From Antedon mediterranea (lineage: Eukaryota > Animalia > Echinodermata): a stretch of DNA of 64,000 bases. Below the pieces are notes generated by a model that was not told where the DNA came from, made no database searches, and saw only the letters and a program-made list of their open reading frames with translations. This document shows positions 13,301 to 26,377 of this stretch, one piece after another. The stretch covers positions 2,170,001 to 2,234,000 of the forward strand of contig NC_092674.1 of assembly GCF_964355755.1 (NCBI RefSeq). The letters are read 5' to 3'. The position numbers were made by a program, and so were the translations under genes. How positions within the stretch are numbered: the stretch's first letter is position 1; each line of letters opens with the position of its first letter.

Positions 13301-16300
13301 GTGTAGTGCAAACCCTATATTACCAATTATTGTTTCCGTTTTTACTTATTTTTCTTTGTTTTAACCATTTGTCGGTAGTGTTTTTTTGTATTAAAAGACA
13401 ATTTTCTTTTGTTTTTGAAGACAATAAATATTGATTTGATTTACTTTTCAGGAGCAGAACAAAAAATATAATGTGGTATGGTATGTTAGGTGGTAAAGAA
13501 CTACTTCATCGTACGTATCGTAATCTGGAACAAAAGGTTCAACTGGAATGCGACGGATATAGGATCTCATTACCAAGTCTTCAGGGTATTGTTGTACTCA
13601 ACATACCCAGTTATATGGGTGGGGCCAACTTTTGGGGAGGCAGCAAAGAAGACGAGGTAAGACTTAATCGAGTTATGCTAATTTTTTATATAATTTTCAA
13701 ATTTGTTTATTTTACAAAAAAAAAATTTAATTTTTAATTACCACAGATACAGGTTTATGTGGCTGCATGCTATGTGCTTTTGAACATGCCTAGCTTTTTT
13801 GAACATGCCTTCTTCAATCATATTACCTTTCTTTACACCATTTTGTATACTGTTTTAATTTGAAGAAAATAAATGTTACTTTGAATGTGTACAATAAACT
13901 CACAGCATTATTGCAATGTCAAATAAAAATTAAGTTGTTTCTTTGATCGTTTTCTAGACATTTGCTGCACCTTCATTCGATGACCGCATCTTGGAAGTTG
14001 TCGCCGTCTTCGGCGGAATGCAGATGGCCGTGTCAAAGCTAATCACCTTGCAACATCATCGCATCGCTCAATGCCGCGTTGTGAAGGTGACGATACTCGG
14101 AGATGAGCCTGTTCCGGTTCAAGTTGACGGTGAAGCGTGGATGCAAAGTCCAGGCTATATGAAGATAATTCATAAGAATAGAGCACATATGTTAGTCAGA
14201 GATAAGGTTAGTAAAAGTATTCATTTCATGTTCTATAATACAGTGTCTTAGGCATATTCTAAAATACACTGTCACATATGTATCACATGTGCCACCTGAA
14301 CCGGCAAAAAAAAATGCTAAAGATAATTCATAAGAATAAAGCACACATGTTAGTTAGAGATAAGGTTTAGTAAAAGGCTTGATGCTCTCATATACAATGT
14401 TAGAGTTTTATAACCAAAAGTGCTGTCTCCAAGCTTCTACAACTTTTCAGCTCTCCACTTCAACCAACTCATTATATTACATTGATCCTTCTTTACTGGA
14501 GTGGAGTTGTGGCTTGGTGGTTATGATGCTTGTCTACATGTCCAAGGGTCCTGGGTTCAGGTCCCGTCACATGTCAGGATTTTTTCTAAGGACCAAATTA
14601 CTCCACTCCCAAAGACTTGTAATAAGACTTTGTTTATGTAGAGCATCTTGTGTATATGTTTGTCTTGTGAACCTCTGAGGGTCCCTAATGATCAGCCACT
14701 GAGTAAAGCTCTGTCTACACTATCAAACTTTATGTGACAAAAATGTGATGTGTTCATATATGGACATGATGATGTCACAACACATCTTATAGCGACCCTT
14801 CTAAACCTCTGTCTACACTATCAAACTTTATGCGACAAAAAATTTGATGTGCCCATATATGGACATGATGATGTCACAACACTACCATGGGCACATCACA
14901 CTTTTTTGTCAAACTAGTTTGATAGTGAAGACAGAGCTTAAAGGCTCTATCAACAATTGGTATTTAGTCCACAGGAACAATACTGATGTGTCCAAATATG
15001 GTAGTGATATGCTTAAATATGGTAGTGATATGCTTAAATATGGTAGTGATATGACATCATCATGTCCATATATGGGCACATCACATTTTTTGTCACATAA
15101 AGTTTGATAGTGTAGACAGAGCTTTAGAAGGGTCGCTATAAGATGTGTTGTACATCTAATTTTGCATTATAGTAGGTTATGAAATGATCTTCAATCTTGT
15201 TTGTAGGTGTTTGAGAGCACATTAAAGTCGTGGACTGACAAGCAAAGACTAGAACAACAACTACAAGATTTTGAACTTGGAAATGTGAAGCAATTTTGTG
15301 AAATGTCAGCTGGACTTATACGAAGGTTAGTACAGTCAACTCTCCCAATACAAGACTCTCTGAAAACCAGAAACTCTCTCAATATCAGACTTTTGTCGGT
15401 CCAAACGGTCCCAAATTTCTTTTTACCATTAAAAACATATTCTGAATACCTGACTTTCCAGAAAACCAGATATATTTTCGGAATGATGTTAATGGGATAA
15501 TCACAATGTTGGTATTGGTTAAAAGTGATAATTATGATACAGTCAACTCTTCCAATTCCAGACTCTGAAAACCAACAACTTTCCCAAAACCAGACTTTTG
15601 AATATCTCTCTCCGACCAGACTTTTCTTGGGGTCTATTTATTTTTTTAATTTATTGAATTTCTCACTAAAATGCACATACAGAATAAACAATGAAGGATA
15701 GGACCAACAGCTGGTAAACACCTCTAAAACCTCCCAATTGCACAAAATTTAAAATGTAATAAATATTTATATTGGCCTATATAGCATTCTATAGAAATAA
15801 GTGAACTTTAAAAATTAAACTTTAGCTGGTTGTCTAAAAGTCATTTTTCTAAAGTAGTTCTTTTTTAAACATTAAAACACACTTGTAATACCATTAATTC
15901 TGAAACCATTTTTCTTTAGTGTTCAAGTTCTTTGTATGAGTCACTCCAGTATTGATACTGAACTAATGGGTTTTGTAAACTCGTCCTCATCAGAGCTGGA
16001 CAAGTTGTACCCAGCAGGCAAACTGCTAGAAGTAAGTACAAAGTAAATTAAGTCAGGCAATGCTGGTGCACATGACGGACAATCCTGCTAAAGCTATGTC
16101 TACACTATCAAACTAGTTTGACAGGAAAAGTGTGACATGCCCAAATATGGTAGTGTTATGACATCATCATGTCCATGTATGAGCACATCACATCTTTTTG
16201 TCACATAAAGTTTGATAGTGTAGACAGAGCATAAGGAATAATTATCAACTGTCAACTAAATTCTAGAAATGCAAGAAAGACTAAATGAAAGGAGTTTTTG

Positions 16301-18336
16301 TTTTTTATACGTCAGTTCATCCACATATGTTTCCAGTACTATAGGCATATTCTATAATACAGTGTCAGGCTGTGTCATGCATATTCTATAATACAGTGTC
16401 AGGCATATTCTATAATACAGTGTCACATATGTTGAGAAAGAGTACAGACCAAGTTTTTTTAATAGTGTAACCAATGTGCTGCTTCTAGGCCGTTTGTAAC
16501 AGTCTTTCTAACTTACCGTTGTGTTTACTTACAGGGACCAAACCGTAGGAGTGTCATGGACCTTGTCAATAGCATTAAACTACTGCATAATGAAACCAGT
16601 ATTTTCTTGGCTAGAAAGGCCTACTCATTGGTAAATATTTACATTGTTATGTATACCTATTTGAGGTCGTATCTCTGTCTACACTATCAAATTTTACGTG
16701 ATAAAATAATGTGATGTGCCCATATATGGACATGATGATGTCATTTATCACTACCATAATTAGGCATGTCACTACGGTATTTGGGCACATTACATTTTTT
16801 TGGTCAAACTAGCAACAAGCTTTTGATTTGTGATAACCAATGCATGAAACTTGAGATGTGCTTTCTCACTCTACCCTTCCTATTCCATCAATGTGTAGGT
16901 CATAGGTCGTCAGTCATCAAAATCTCCCTAATAGTGACATCATTTGTATCATAGAGTTGTTCTCATTCATTGTCTATATGAAATATGATTAAATTGAAAT
17001 ATATAATGTAATTTCTTTACTTGTTAATTTCTTATTTATTACAGCAATTACAAGAAGAAAACATTTCCAATGTGTACAAGTCATTAAGCTGTGTAGACAA
17101 TGAACTTCGACATATCTCAATGGTTGAACCTCATGTCAAAGGTCATGATGAAGAGGTAAATCAACTCTCTATTGCTACACTGAAACATTGGCCTACATTT
17201 CTTGCATTTTTTTATTATCAATATTATTTGGCACAAAACATTTGATAATTTTGTTTCTTGAATTTTTGTTTTCAGAGTTCAGGATCATTATCAAAGAGGT
17301 CAAAAGGTCGTTTTCGAATGCCGGCACGATTTAAGAGTCGGAATAAGGAGTCTAAACATTCACCGTCGCTAGCCTGTAAGATGTACATTATTATGTTAAA
17401 TATATTCCTTTTAATTGATTTCAAACTTGTATGAAGTATGAAATTTAAGAACCATGCATATATATGATTAATTATTATGATTATTATTATTATTTTTAAT
17501 AGCTTTAGCTATACAGCAATGGAGTGTAGAAGAGGTCGGCATTTGGTTGAGTAATCTGTCATTTGGAGAGTATAAAGACACATTTATACGACATGACATT
17601 CGAGGAGCGGAGCTTTTGAACTTGGAACGCCGTGACCTGAAAGTAAGTATAGTATAATGTGTTTCTTAACAACTATTCAATTACGAACTTGCCTTACAAT
17701 TCTGATTTACGCATCTCTTAACATCTCTACACTGTCAAACTACTTTGACAAAAAAAGTATGATGTGCCCAAATATGATAGTGATAACCCAAATGTAGTAT
17801 GACATCATCGTGTCCATATATGGGCACATCGCATTTTTTTGACACATAAAGTTTGATAGTGTAGACATAGCTTTATTCTAGTAATGTGCCTACTTTGTAT
17901 GTCAATGTGAACTAGTTTATGTTTTCTGCAGTGGTTGTGTGCACAATTGAAGATGAAATGAATAATAATGATAATAATGTCACATTTGAAAGATGCTACA
18001 CTTTAGAACTCGCACTTTAGTTTCACTTAAGCTCTGTCTACACTATCAAACTAGTTTGACAAAAATAAAGTGCGACGTGCCAAATATGGTAGTGATATGA
18101 CATCACATTTTGTTGTCATATAAAGTTTTATAGTGTAGACAATGTTAAAGTGAGCAATGTAAAGTGAAAATTTGCCATAATAATGTTTATTTTCTGTACA
18201 GGATCTTGGTATTAGTAAAGTTGGACATATTAAACGAATACTTCAAGCAATTAAAGACTTAAATACCAAACATTTGGACCAGCATGTATATCCGCAAGCA
18301 GCAGGGACCAGCTCAACAAGTCATGCAACGCCATAA
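1327..18336 (+). CDS. DGKH: Type II diacylglycerol kinase (DGK eta/delta-like), 5'-truncated by the window: split catalytic domain, accessory domain and C-terminal SAM domain
   Basis: Frame-consistent exons: 1327-1435 ([15 protein letters not shown]), 2128-2267 ([18 protein letters not shown]), 2876-3040, 4070-4160, 5119-5383 ([14 protein letters not shown]), 5813-6025 (weak donor), 6372-6509 (GC donor), 9932-9988, 10617-10728 ([13 protein letters not shown]), optional 11605-11667, 12932-13042 ([30 protein letters not shown]), 13452-13656 ([24 protein letters not shown]), 13958-14206 ([22 protein letters not shown]), 15207-15325, 15920-16031, 16535-16630, 17045-17155, 17276-17375, 17503-17642 (SAM: [28 protein letters not shown]), 18202-18336 ([20 protein letters not shown]). 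A long insert within the kinase domain plus a SAM domain is diagnostic of type II DGKs; the gene is likely co-orthologous to DGKD/DGKH/DGKK. Confidence 0.93.
8020..9143. repeat. 18-bp GC-rich minisatellite (CTTGTGCCTAGCACCGGG)n, about 62 copies, in a DGK intron
   Basis: Directly visible tandem array; variants CCTAG/CTTAG and CACCGG/CAGCGG. Confidence 0.98.
9252..9877. mobile_element. 626-bp non-autonomous DNA transposon with TTAA target-site duplication (Kolobok-like), copy 1
   Basis: TTAA (9248-9251) | AGACCCCTTCCCT...AGGGAATGGGGCT | TTAA (9878-9881); near-identical copy at 39044-39669. AG..CT termini with a TTAA TSD fit Kolobok better than piggyBac (CCC..GGG). Confidence 0.85.
10861..11021. 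mobile_element. Tourist-like (PIF/Harbinger) MITE, representative copy of a family with about 25 copies in the window
   Basis: TIR AGCTCTGTCTACACTATCAAACT...AGTTTGATAGTGTAGACAGAGCT; TTA TSD here and TAA TSD at 12167-12331. Other copies near 615, 900, 1931, 2282, 2694, 4256, 7272, 14707, 14806, 14985, 16092, 16672, 17725, 18030, 22797, 25864, 26827, 28223, 32073, 34653, 35481, 56970, 61300, 62704, 63185 and 63578. Confidence 0.9.
14503..14703 (+). mobile_element. Probable tRNA-derived SINE remnant
   Basis: A-box-like TGGCTTGGTGG and B-box-like GGGTTCAGGTCCC at tRNA-like spacing, but no clean cloverleaf; followed by a unique body. Confidence 0.5.
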
Positions 18337-18764
18337 AAAAACAGTATCTCTATGAAGAGAATGAATTACTGGAAAACCCACTTGCAATATTTCTGATAGA
18401 TTTTGTAGTTCATTTATGACTGAATTGTGAAGATAAAATTTTATACAGTATTTGAATAATACACATTTTTTATTTTTTATTATAGATCATAGAGATATTA
18501 ATTATCATTAATAAAATCTCTATGATTAAATACAACCGGAAAAAAATCAAGATAAACTATGTTTTCGTAATTTGTTTAGGGAAACCCCTAAGAGGGAACT
18601 CACCCTCCATATGAGAACGAAATGCCCCACCTCCTGTCTTACCCACCAAACATGTGGAAAGGTGCAAATGTTACTCAACTAGAATACTCAATATTTTATC
18701 AACTCATATTGTACTGTAACCATTATTTTATTTTTTACAACAGATTAGTTACAATGTGATATTT

Positions 18765-18925
18765 TACTACACAACAGTTAGTGTTTATTAGTTATGTGGT
18801 ATATTTTTTCACAACAGGTAGTGTTTATTAGCTAATATGGTATTTTTCTTCACAATGGATAATGTTTATTAGGTAATATGGTATATTTTTTCACAACAGA
18901 TAGTGTTTATTTGTTATGTGGTATA
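18765..18925. repeat. About 40-bp tandem repeat, ~4 copies (CACAACAG.TAGTGTTTATTAG.T..TGTGGTATATTTTTT)
   Basis: Visible tandem units downstream of the DGK stop codon. Confidence 0.8.
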
Positions 18926-19079
18926 TATATCTTTATTTATATGTTGTGTGCAATCTGTGTGGAACTTTCTCTTTTACTGTGTAAGTGTACAGTAATAGAG
19001 TAATATATATTTATTTTATTTATACTTTAATTGTATCAAAACAGGTTTGATCACAAGTTTTAAATATGTGTACTTCACT

Positions 19080-20125
19080 AATCAGCAGTGTTTTATTTAA
19101 TTGATAGTTCTGATTGGTGAATTGTTGTTAAAACATTCGACCAATAAGAAGTGATTATGTCATTGATAGGTCTGATTAGTGAATTGTTGTTTATAACATT
19201 CGACCAATTAGAAGTGTTTATGTAATTGATAGTTCTGATTAGTGAATTGCTGCTAAAACATTCGACCAATCAGAAGTGTTTATGTAATTGATAGTTCTGA
19301 TTGGTGAATTGTTGTTAAAACATTTGATCAATCAGCAGTGTTTTATTTAATTGATAGTTCTGATTGGTGAATTGTTGTTAAAACATTCGACCAATAAGAA
19401 GTGATTATGTCATTGATAGGTCTGATTAGTGAATTGTTGTTTATAACATTCGACCAATTAGAAGTGTTTATGTAATTGATAGTTCTGATTAGTGAATTGC
19501 TGCTAAAACATTCGACCAATCAGAAGTGTTTATGTAATTGATAGTTCTGATTGGTGAATTGTTGTTAAAATATTTGATCAATCAGAAGTGTTTTATGTCA
19601 TTGATAGGTCTGATTAGTGAATTGTTGTTTATATAACATTCGACCAATTAGAAGTGTTTATGTAATTGATAGTTCTGATTAGTGAATTGCTGCTAAAACA
19701 TTCGACCAATCAGAAGTGTTTATGTAATTGATAGTTCTGATTGGTGAATTGTTGTTAAAACATTTGATCAATCAGAAGTGTTTTATGTAATTGATAGTGT
19801 GATTGGTGAATTGTTGTTAAAACATTTGATCAATCAGAAGTGTTATATGTAATTGATAGTTCTGATTAGTGAATTGCTGCTAAAACATTCGACCAATCAG
19901 AAGTGTTTATGTAATTGATAGTTCTGATTGGTGAATTGTTGTTAAAACATTTGATCAATCAGAAGTGTTTTATGTAATTGATAGTTCTGATTGGTGAATT
20001 GTTAAAACATTTGATCAATCAGAAGTGTTTTATGTAATTGATAGTTCTGATTGGTGAATTTCTGCTAAAACATTTGACCAATCAGAAGTGTTTATGTAAT
20101 TGATAGTTCTAATTGGTGAATTGCT
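19080..20125. repeat. About 62-bp tandem repeat, ~17 copies, with inverted CCAAT boxes and a ~250-bp higher-order duplication
   Basis: Unit AATCAGAAGTGTTTATGTAATTGATAGTTCTGATTGGTGAATTGTTGTTAAAACATTCGACC; 19081-19330 recurs at 19331-19580. Confidence 0.95.
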
Positions 20126-21164
20126 TGTCTAATCAGCACTGTGGAATTTACCTAATTGACCAATGAACAGCAACTAAATATCCATGAAACAATAAATTAT
20201 GATTGTTTTACTTTGTTTTTACAAAAGGCAAACTATGTTTTACCATTTTAGTTTTAATGAGCAATTCTACTTTGTCTTATGCTGCACTTAATTCTTAATA
20301 TCAAATATTTGATTGCATCATTCTTCAATTACCTTTACATACAATGGTCTCTCCCAAATGGACTCTAATATGTTGAATAACCATTTTTATCCTTTATTTC
20401 AGATGCTAATTTTTTTTAAAAGAACGAAAATAATAGTTTATTAAATTGATTGAGAAAAAATAATAATGGTGATAATATTTGACTTGTCAGCAATGAATCG
20501 GTGCAATACTGACAATCGTACCATTGTCATAGTAACCTCTTATCCTGTATGTTATTACTGATGATTATTTGAACTGAATCATAACAGTATTTAAAATGTT
20601 AAATACTACAATTTCTGCTGTTACCTTGTTACAATATGTATGTTTTAAAGTTTATGACACTGTTTATGCTAATGTTGACTGTTCCATTATCTTTAAGGGT
20701 GATAATTTTTGGGACAATGGTATAAGTTAAGTTGCAAACGACAATAAACCCCCTTGTTTATTGTAATAACTAATAAACGTCAAAACAATTTCGTCTCGCT
20801 AACATTGAAACCAGACGAAATTGTTTTCACCTTCATTTTTCTATTGTCTTTTATAAAGATGATATTGTTTAGTTTTAACTTTATAGTAAAAGAGAATTTA
20901 GTTTCTTTATTGTTATTTAAGTATTACAATGCTTTCAGCTTTCTAGGCCTATCGTAGTTTTCATAGTAGAGTTATTGTTTATTCACAGAGTGCAATATTA
21001 ACTTGTTGTCAACTCAACTTTCAGACAATGTTTTTATCTGTTTGAAAGAATTCCTCAACATTTTGAGTACTGGTTTCAAACAGATCATAAATATTCATTA
21101 AATATGCTAATAAAAGTAATTTTGTTTCTAAAAACATTACAGAATGTTTTCTTTAGAAAAGAAT

Positions 21165-22060
21165 CACTAATGAATATTCATTTTCTTATTCCTTATTTGT
21201 ATATTTAATGAATATTCATGATCTGTTTGAAACTAGTACTCTTCAAAGAAGTGTTACTGTAATTACAGGTTCTTTAAGAGAATCGCTAATGAATATTCAT
21301 TTTCTTATTCCTTATTTGTATATTTAATGAATATTCATGATTTGTTTAAAAGAGTACTCTTCAAAGAAGTGTTACTGTAATTACAGGTTCTTTAGAAGAG
21401 AATCACTAATGAATATTCATTTTCTTATTAGTATTTTTAATGAAAATTCATGACCACTAAATGGGCCTACTACATTTAATAAGCAGCTGTATATATTGTA
21501 CTGTTGTAATTAATATTCATTATATCAACCAATGTAATGAATATTCATTTTCTTATTGGTATCTTTAATGAATATTCATGACCACTAAATGGACCTACTA
21601 CATTCAATAAGCAGCTGTATGTATTGTACTGTTTTGTAATTAATATTCATTATATCAACCAATGTAATGAATATTCATTTTCTTATTGGTATCTTTAATG
21701 AATATTCATGACCACTAAATGGACCTACTACATTCAATAAGCAGCTGTATATATTGTACTGTTGTAATTAATATTCATTATATCAACCAATGTAATGAAT
21801 ATTCATTTTCTTATTAGTATTTTTAATGAATATTCATGACCACTAAATGGACCTACTACATTCAATAAGCAGCTGTATATATTGTACTGTTGTAATTAAT
21901 ATTCATTATATCAACCAATGTAATGAATATTCATTTTCTTATTGGTATCTTTAATGAATATTCATGACCACTAAATGGACCTACTACATTCAATAAGCAG
22001 CTGTATATATTGTACTGTTGTAATTAATATTCATTATATCAACCAATGTAATGAATATTT
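21165..22060. repeat. Adjacent tandem arrays (~120 bp x2 and ~128 bp x5) built on the palindrome ATGAATATTCAT
   Basis: GACCACTAAAT recurs at about 21452, 21580, 21710, 21838 and 21966. Confidence 0.93.
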
Positions 22061-23194
22061 ATTACTATTCATAAATATTACAAAATAACAATGAATATTT
22101 ATTATCTTTTATACTTCTTTCATAATAATATATGTTTACAAAATGTGTAGTACTGATAAATATTTATGAGATATATTCAGAAAACCATTTGACGCGTGAA
22201 CAAATGGACCGTTTTATATGATATTTTATGTGACTGTAGTTTAGAAATCTATGCACCAATTTCAAAGCTGAACTTATTTGAAAGCCTAGACGTACGAAAG
22301 AGAAGAAAATGCATTCTTATAAATAAACTATGTAAGATTAGTACTGTGTGTTACGGAAAACGTTGCAACGAGCGTTGACGTTTTTGGATCGTAGCACAGG
22401 CCTTAGTTTTTACGCCGTGTATGGTGAACAAAGCTGGTAGACCTTTCTATAGCTTTAGTTGCTATTGTATATGCAAATTGTACAGACAGTGTTGCCAACT
22501 TTATTACAGTCCGAAAAATGTAATCAAAATGTATCAATATTTCTATCAGTAAAACCTATCTTACCACTTTTTGGGAGTTAGGTTTTTTGAAATGTATTTA
22601 CTGGATATCTAAATCCAACTTTGGTCTTTTTCCCTCTCAAATAGATCCATAATTGGTTGCTATCTATATCCTCAGAACATCTTCAATGTCTCGATTGTAT
22701 GAAGTTGGCAGCATTTTAGTGTGTGTCATTAAATCGTCAGAATTCACCACAGATAGTGCATACATGACTACAGTAGAACGACTTGAAGACACCTTAAGCT
22801 CTGTCCACACTATCAAACTAGTTTTGTGATGTGCCCAAATATGGTAGTGATATGACATCATCCTGTCCACATATGGGCACATCACATTTTTTTATCACAT
22901 AAAATTTGATAATGTAGACAGAGCTTTAGTATTGTCCACTGAGTGGGAGTTCTTTAAAAAAACCAAGGCACACTGAGCTCACCTTGCCAAGATAGGAACT
23001 CGTAACAGTTCTTTGATCTTAGGTCTGGCTGCGACAAATACCGACAGTACTATTCTATATTCAGTACATATTCTCTGCGGCTTGCGATGTCTGTTAAAGG
23101 GAACGGAACTGATTTTGTCGCAGCCACATCCTCAGCATCCTGTTGTTAGATTCCCTTGAAATAACATACATTTCTCCTTGTTCTTTTCAAGGGA

Positions 23195-23428
23195 AAGTGT
23201 CCTCTTAATAAGGGTGTCCCAAAAAGGGGGTGTCCCAAGATGGTTGACCCAAAAGGGGTGTCCCAAGATGGTTGACCCAAAAGGGAGTGTCCCAAGATGG
23301 TTGACCCAAAAGGGATGTCCCAAGATGGTTGACCCAAAAGGGGTGTCCCAAGAGGGTTGACCCAAAAGGGAGTGTCCCAAGATGGTTGACCCAAAAGGGG
23401 TGTCCCTATAAGTTTGATGTTCTACTGT
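23195..23428. repeat. About 29-bp minisatellite (GTGTCCCAAGATGGTTGACCCAAAAGGG) inside a Tc1/mariner-type MITE remnant
   Basis: About 7 units, ending in GTTCTACTGT (reverse complement of a CAGTAGAAC terminus); related GTGTCCC motif at 30050-30200 and 30870-31170. Confidence 0.75.
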
Positions 23429-26377
23429 GTTTCATTCAATGTACATTCTGTGGTGTATTATGTTTACTTATTCATTGTCGTCCTAAGTGTTTCTAGTACT
23501 AATAGTACTTTATGCTTAATATGTACTTTTTGCTATCGATTTTGTAAAATTTGGGATCAAGACAGTTTTTCACTTATTTTGTACAATTTCTAATTTTGTA
23601 TGGTGTGACATAAACACATGGGGGCGCAGTTTAGTTCCCAAAACGAGTCAATTTCTAATATTGTATTAATGGATTGAATTGTTAAAAGAAAAAAAAATGT
23701 AATTTTGTTAGCAATTACTAAATTAAAGCATAGTATGAATTATATATTATATTTAATATATTTTTTATGATTTGTATTTAGATTGTGATCTAGTCATCAA
23801 TATGCCCAGAACATAATTTTTCTTTTTATAAGAAACAACATTTTATGGTGTCAAAAGCATCATGTTTTTTTGCCTCTTATTTAATCTTTTAATTTTATTG
23901 ATAACTATTTGTTGAAATATGCTTTCTTTGACAAATATATTTTTCATTATTTATTAATATGCCTAATGATACAAAGATGTTTTAAATAAATTATTCAAAA
24001 AATGATTTACTTGGTTTTTTGTGCTTTTGTTTGTTGATGATGACACGTGACATTTACACAGTTACTATAATCTATATATAAATTATTAATTTTGACCTGA
24101 AAGAGACATTAAATAATACAAATTATAAATATCAATCAGAGGGCTTCTTTTATGAGTGCGAACAATTCTGCACAGTATAATTTATATTACACACCTTAGT
24201 AGTATATAGTTACGTAATAATACCAGTAGTGCGATTGGACCGACCGCAAATGTGCGAATAATTACATCCACTGAAATGATAGGATCAAAATCATCATAAT
24301 GGTAGTTTTAGTAACGTGAGGTTCCTTTTTGACATTCCGTTTGTTTCTACCACCAGTAAGTTAAAATTGTAGATTAACTAGACTAGCCAGTTAAAAGTTA
24401 TCAATGTTATTTAGGTATATTTAGTAATCTTTAGAAATCAACTGCAGTGTTTAAAATGTTAGTTTTACTTGGTGAAAAAGGTAGGCCTAGCTATGGCTAT
24501 ATGCTAAGGCCTACTAGCTAGTAGTGTAGAGTAGTGACAGGCAGTGATGTTGACGTAGCGTAGCATACGGTGAGTCGGAATGCGTTGGTGAATCAGTGAC
24601 TGGTTTGAGTAGGACGACCTATATTTTGTTTGTGTGACTTGCGTGGGTAGAATTTAATTTGTGATTTTGATGAAATTACTAAATATAGGTATAATATTAT
24701 TATTAATAAATACTGTCAAGCCAAACCAAGCAACATAGTTTTGTACAGCGATCAATTAAATTATTTCTCAATAATTGAAGCAAATATTAATATTAATTTT
24801 TATATTTTATAATATATCGTAGTAGAGTAGAATATGTATGTTGTATGTATTTAGCAAATGTATGCTTACTCCAATTTTTCTAATAAATAACCGTATGTAG
24901 TAACATAACATTAACAGCAGAGTTTACAATAACAATTTTTGTGGGTCATGTAATGAACCCTCCAAGAAAATTACACAGGCAATAAAAACCAATAAAAACA
25001 TTTGTATTACAGCTCTCCATACAAAAAATACAAAAAGTTTATTTTACTGCGACCAGAATAAAAAGGCGACCAACTCCATCTATGTGTGTGTACATAATAT
25101 ATTATATTGTATATCTATTTATTATTTTACTAATAATTGTCAATCTTCAAGAAGAATTTCTGTTGTTATTTTATGATGATGATGGACAAATAAAGCATTT
25201 CAGTATTCAGTATCTGTCGACCATAATTTTAGTTGCTTCTCTCATTCATTCACTACAGTACAGCCAGTAATATTTGTGACACATGGAAGAAATTAAAGTT
25301 TGACATTTCTGTCCGAGACCGGTTGGAGACCTTAAATTTAAATCAGTTTGTAGTGCAGAAGTCTGGATGTACAGCATTATCGGCTAACAATCCCTTATTA
25401 TAATGTCCCATATGTAAAGCTGATTATAGCACAATTATTTTGGGTGTATCGAAAGCAAAAACCTCGAAAATAAAGACCCTACTGAAAGATAGTTGATAGA
25501 GAGTACACGAAATACGACCAAAACAAAATCAATGATAATACCTTACATTTACAGATTCTATAATGATTTTGATTTTAATCGTGTTGTTTATAAAAAAAAA
25601 TGACTACCTGCTTATTAACATGCGTTTTCGTTCCTGATATTTAAAGTACGGTATTAACATGATAAGTGGTTATTTAGATGATTCCTTATCTGATTTGCAA
25701 TGTTTATCTTTGATAAGTTTATCAGAATCTGCCGGTTTATATAGAAACATCAGATTATCTTTGCTAAAGGTTATGTAAACAAGCCAAAAGAATCTAATAA
25801 TGACTGTACATAAAATAATTGACTTAGCTATGTTTATAGTTTCTGATTTCAAACTAGTTTTAAAGCTATGTCTATACCCTCAAACTTTATGTGACAAAAA
25901 AATGTGAAGTGTCCATATATGGATATGATGATGTCATATCACTACCATATTGGGCCTTATCACTACTATATTTAGGCACATCACATTTTGTTGTCACATA
26001 AAGTTTGATAGTGTAGACAGAGCTTAATTGTTTTGATTTCACGTCGGTAGAGGAATATTTTAAGAGAGTTTGCCAAAGACCTCGTCACAATAAGACATGT
26101 AATTTAGCAATTTTAACTCTTTCTCTGGATTTGGTTTTATATGACATAACATTACTATTACAATTTCACACATTTCTCATTCAATTTCAGCTTATTCATA
26201 GAACTGTACGGCCAATCCTAGTTCTTTTTTTTTAATCATGTTTTTAAAATCATTTATTTAATAGTGGTTAATCTGGTATGTTTGTACCTTGTCATTGCAA
26301 GCAATTATTCTTTTTGTCTTTTAGAATCAGGGAGAGCTTGAGAAATAACTAAAGAAATACCTCGCCATTTGGCGAAT

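Noticed and set aside
14503-14575. tRNA gene
   Set aside because: A and B boxes are present but stems are imperfect and there is no clean terminator; better explained as a SINE head.
23132-23394. Overlapping short ORFs here and at 34588-34818, 44734-44922 and 50318-51206
   Set aside because: All are translations of minisatellite or satellite units.
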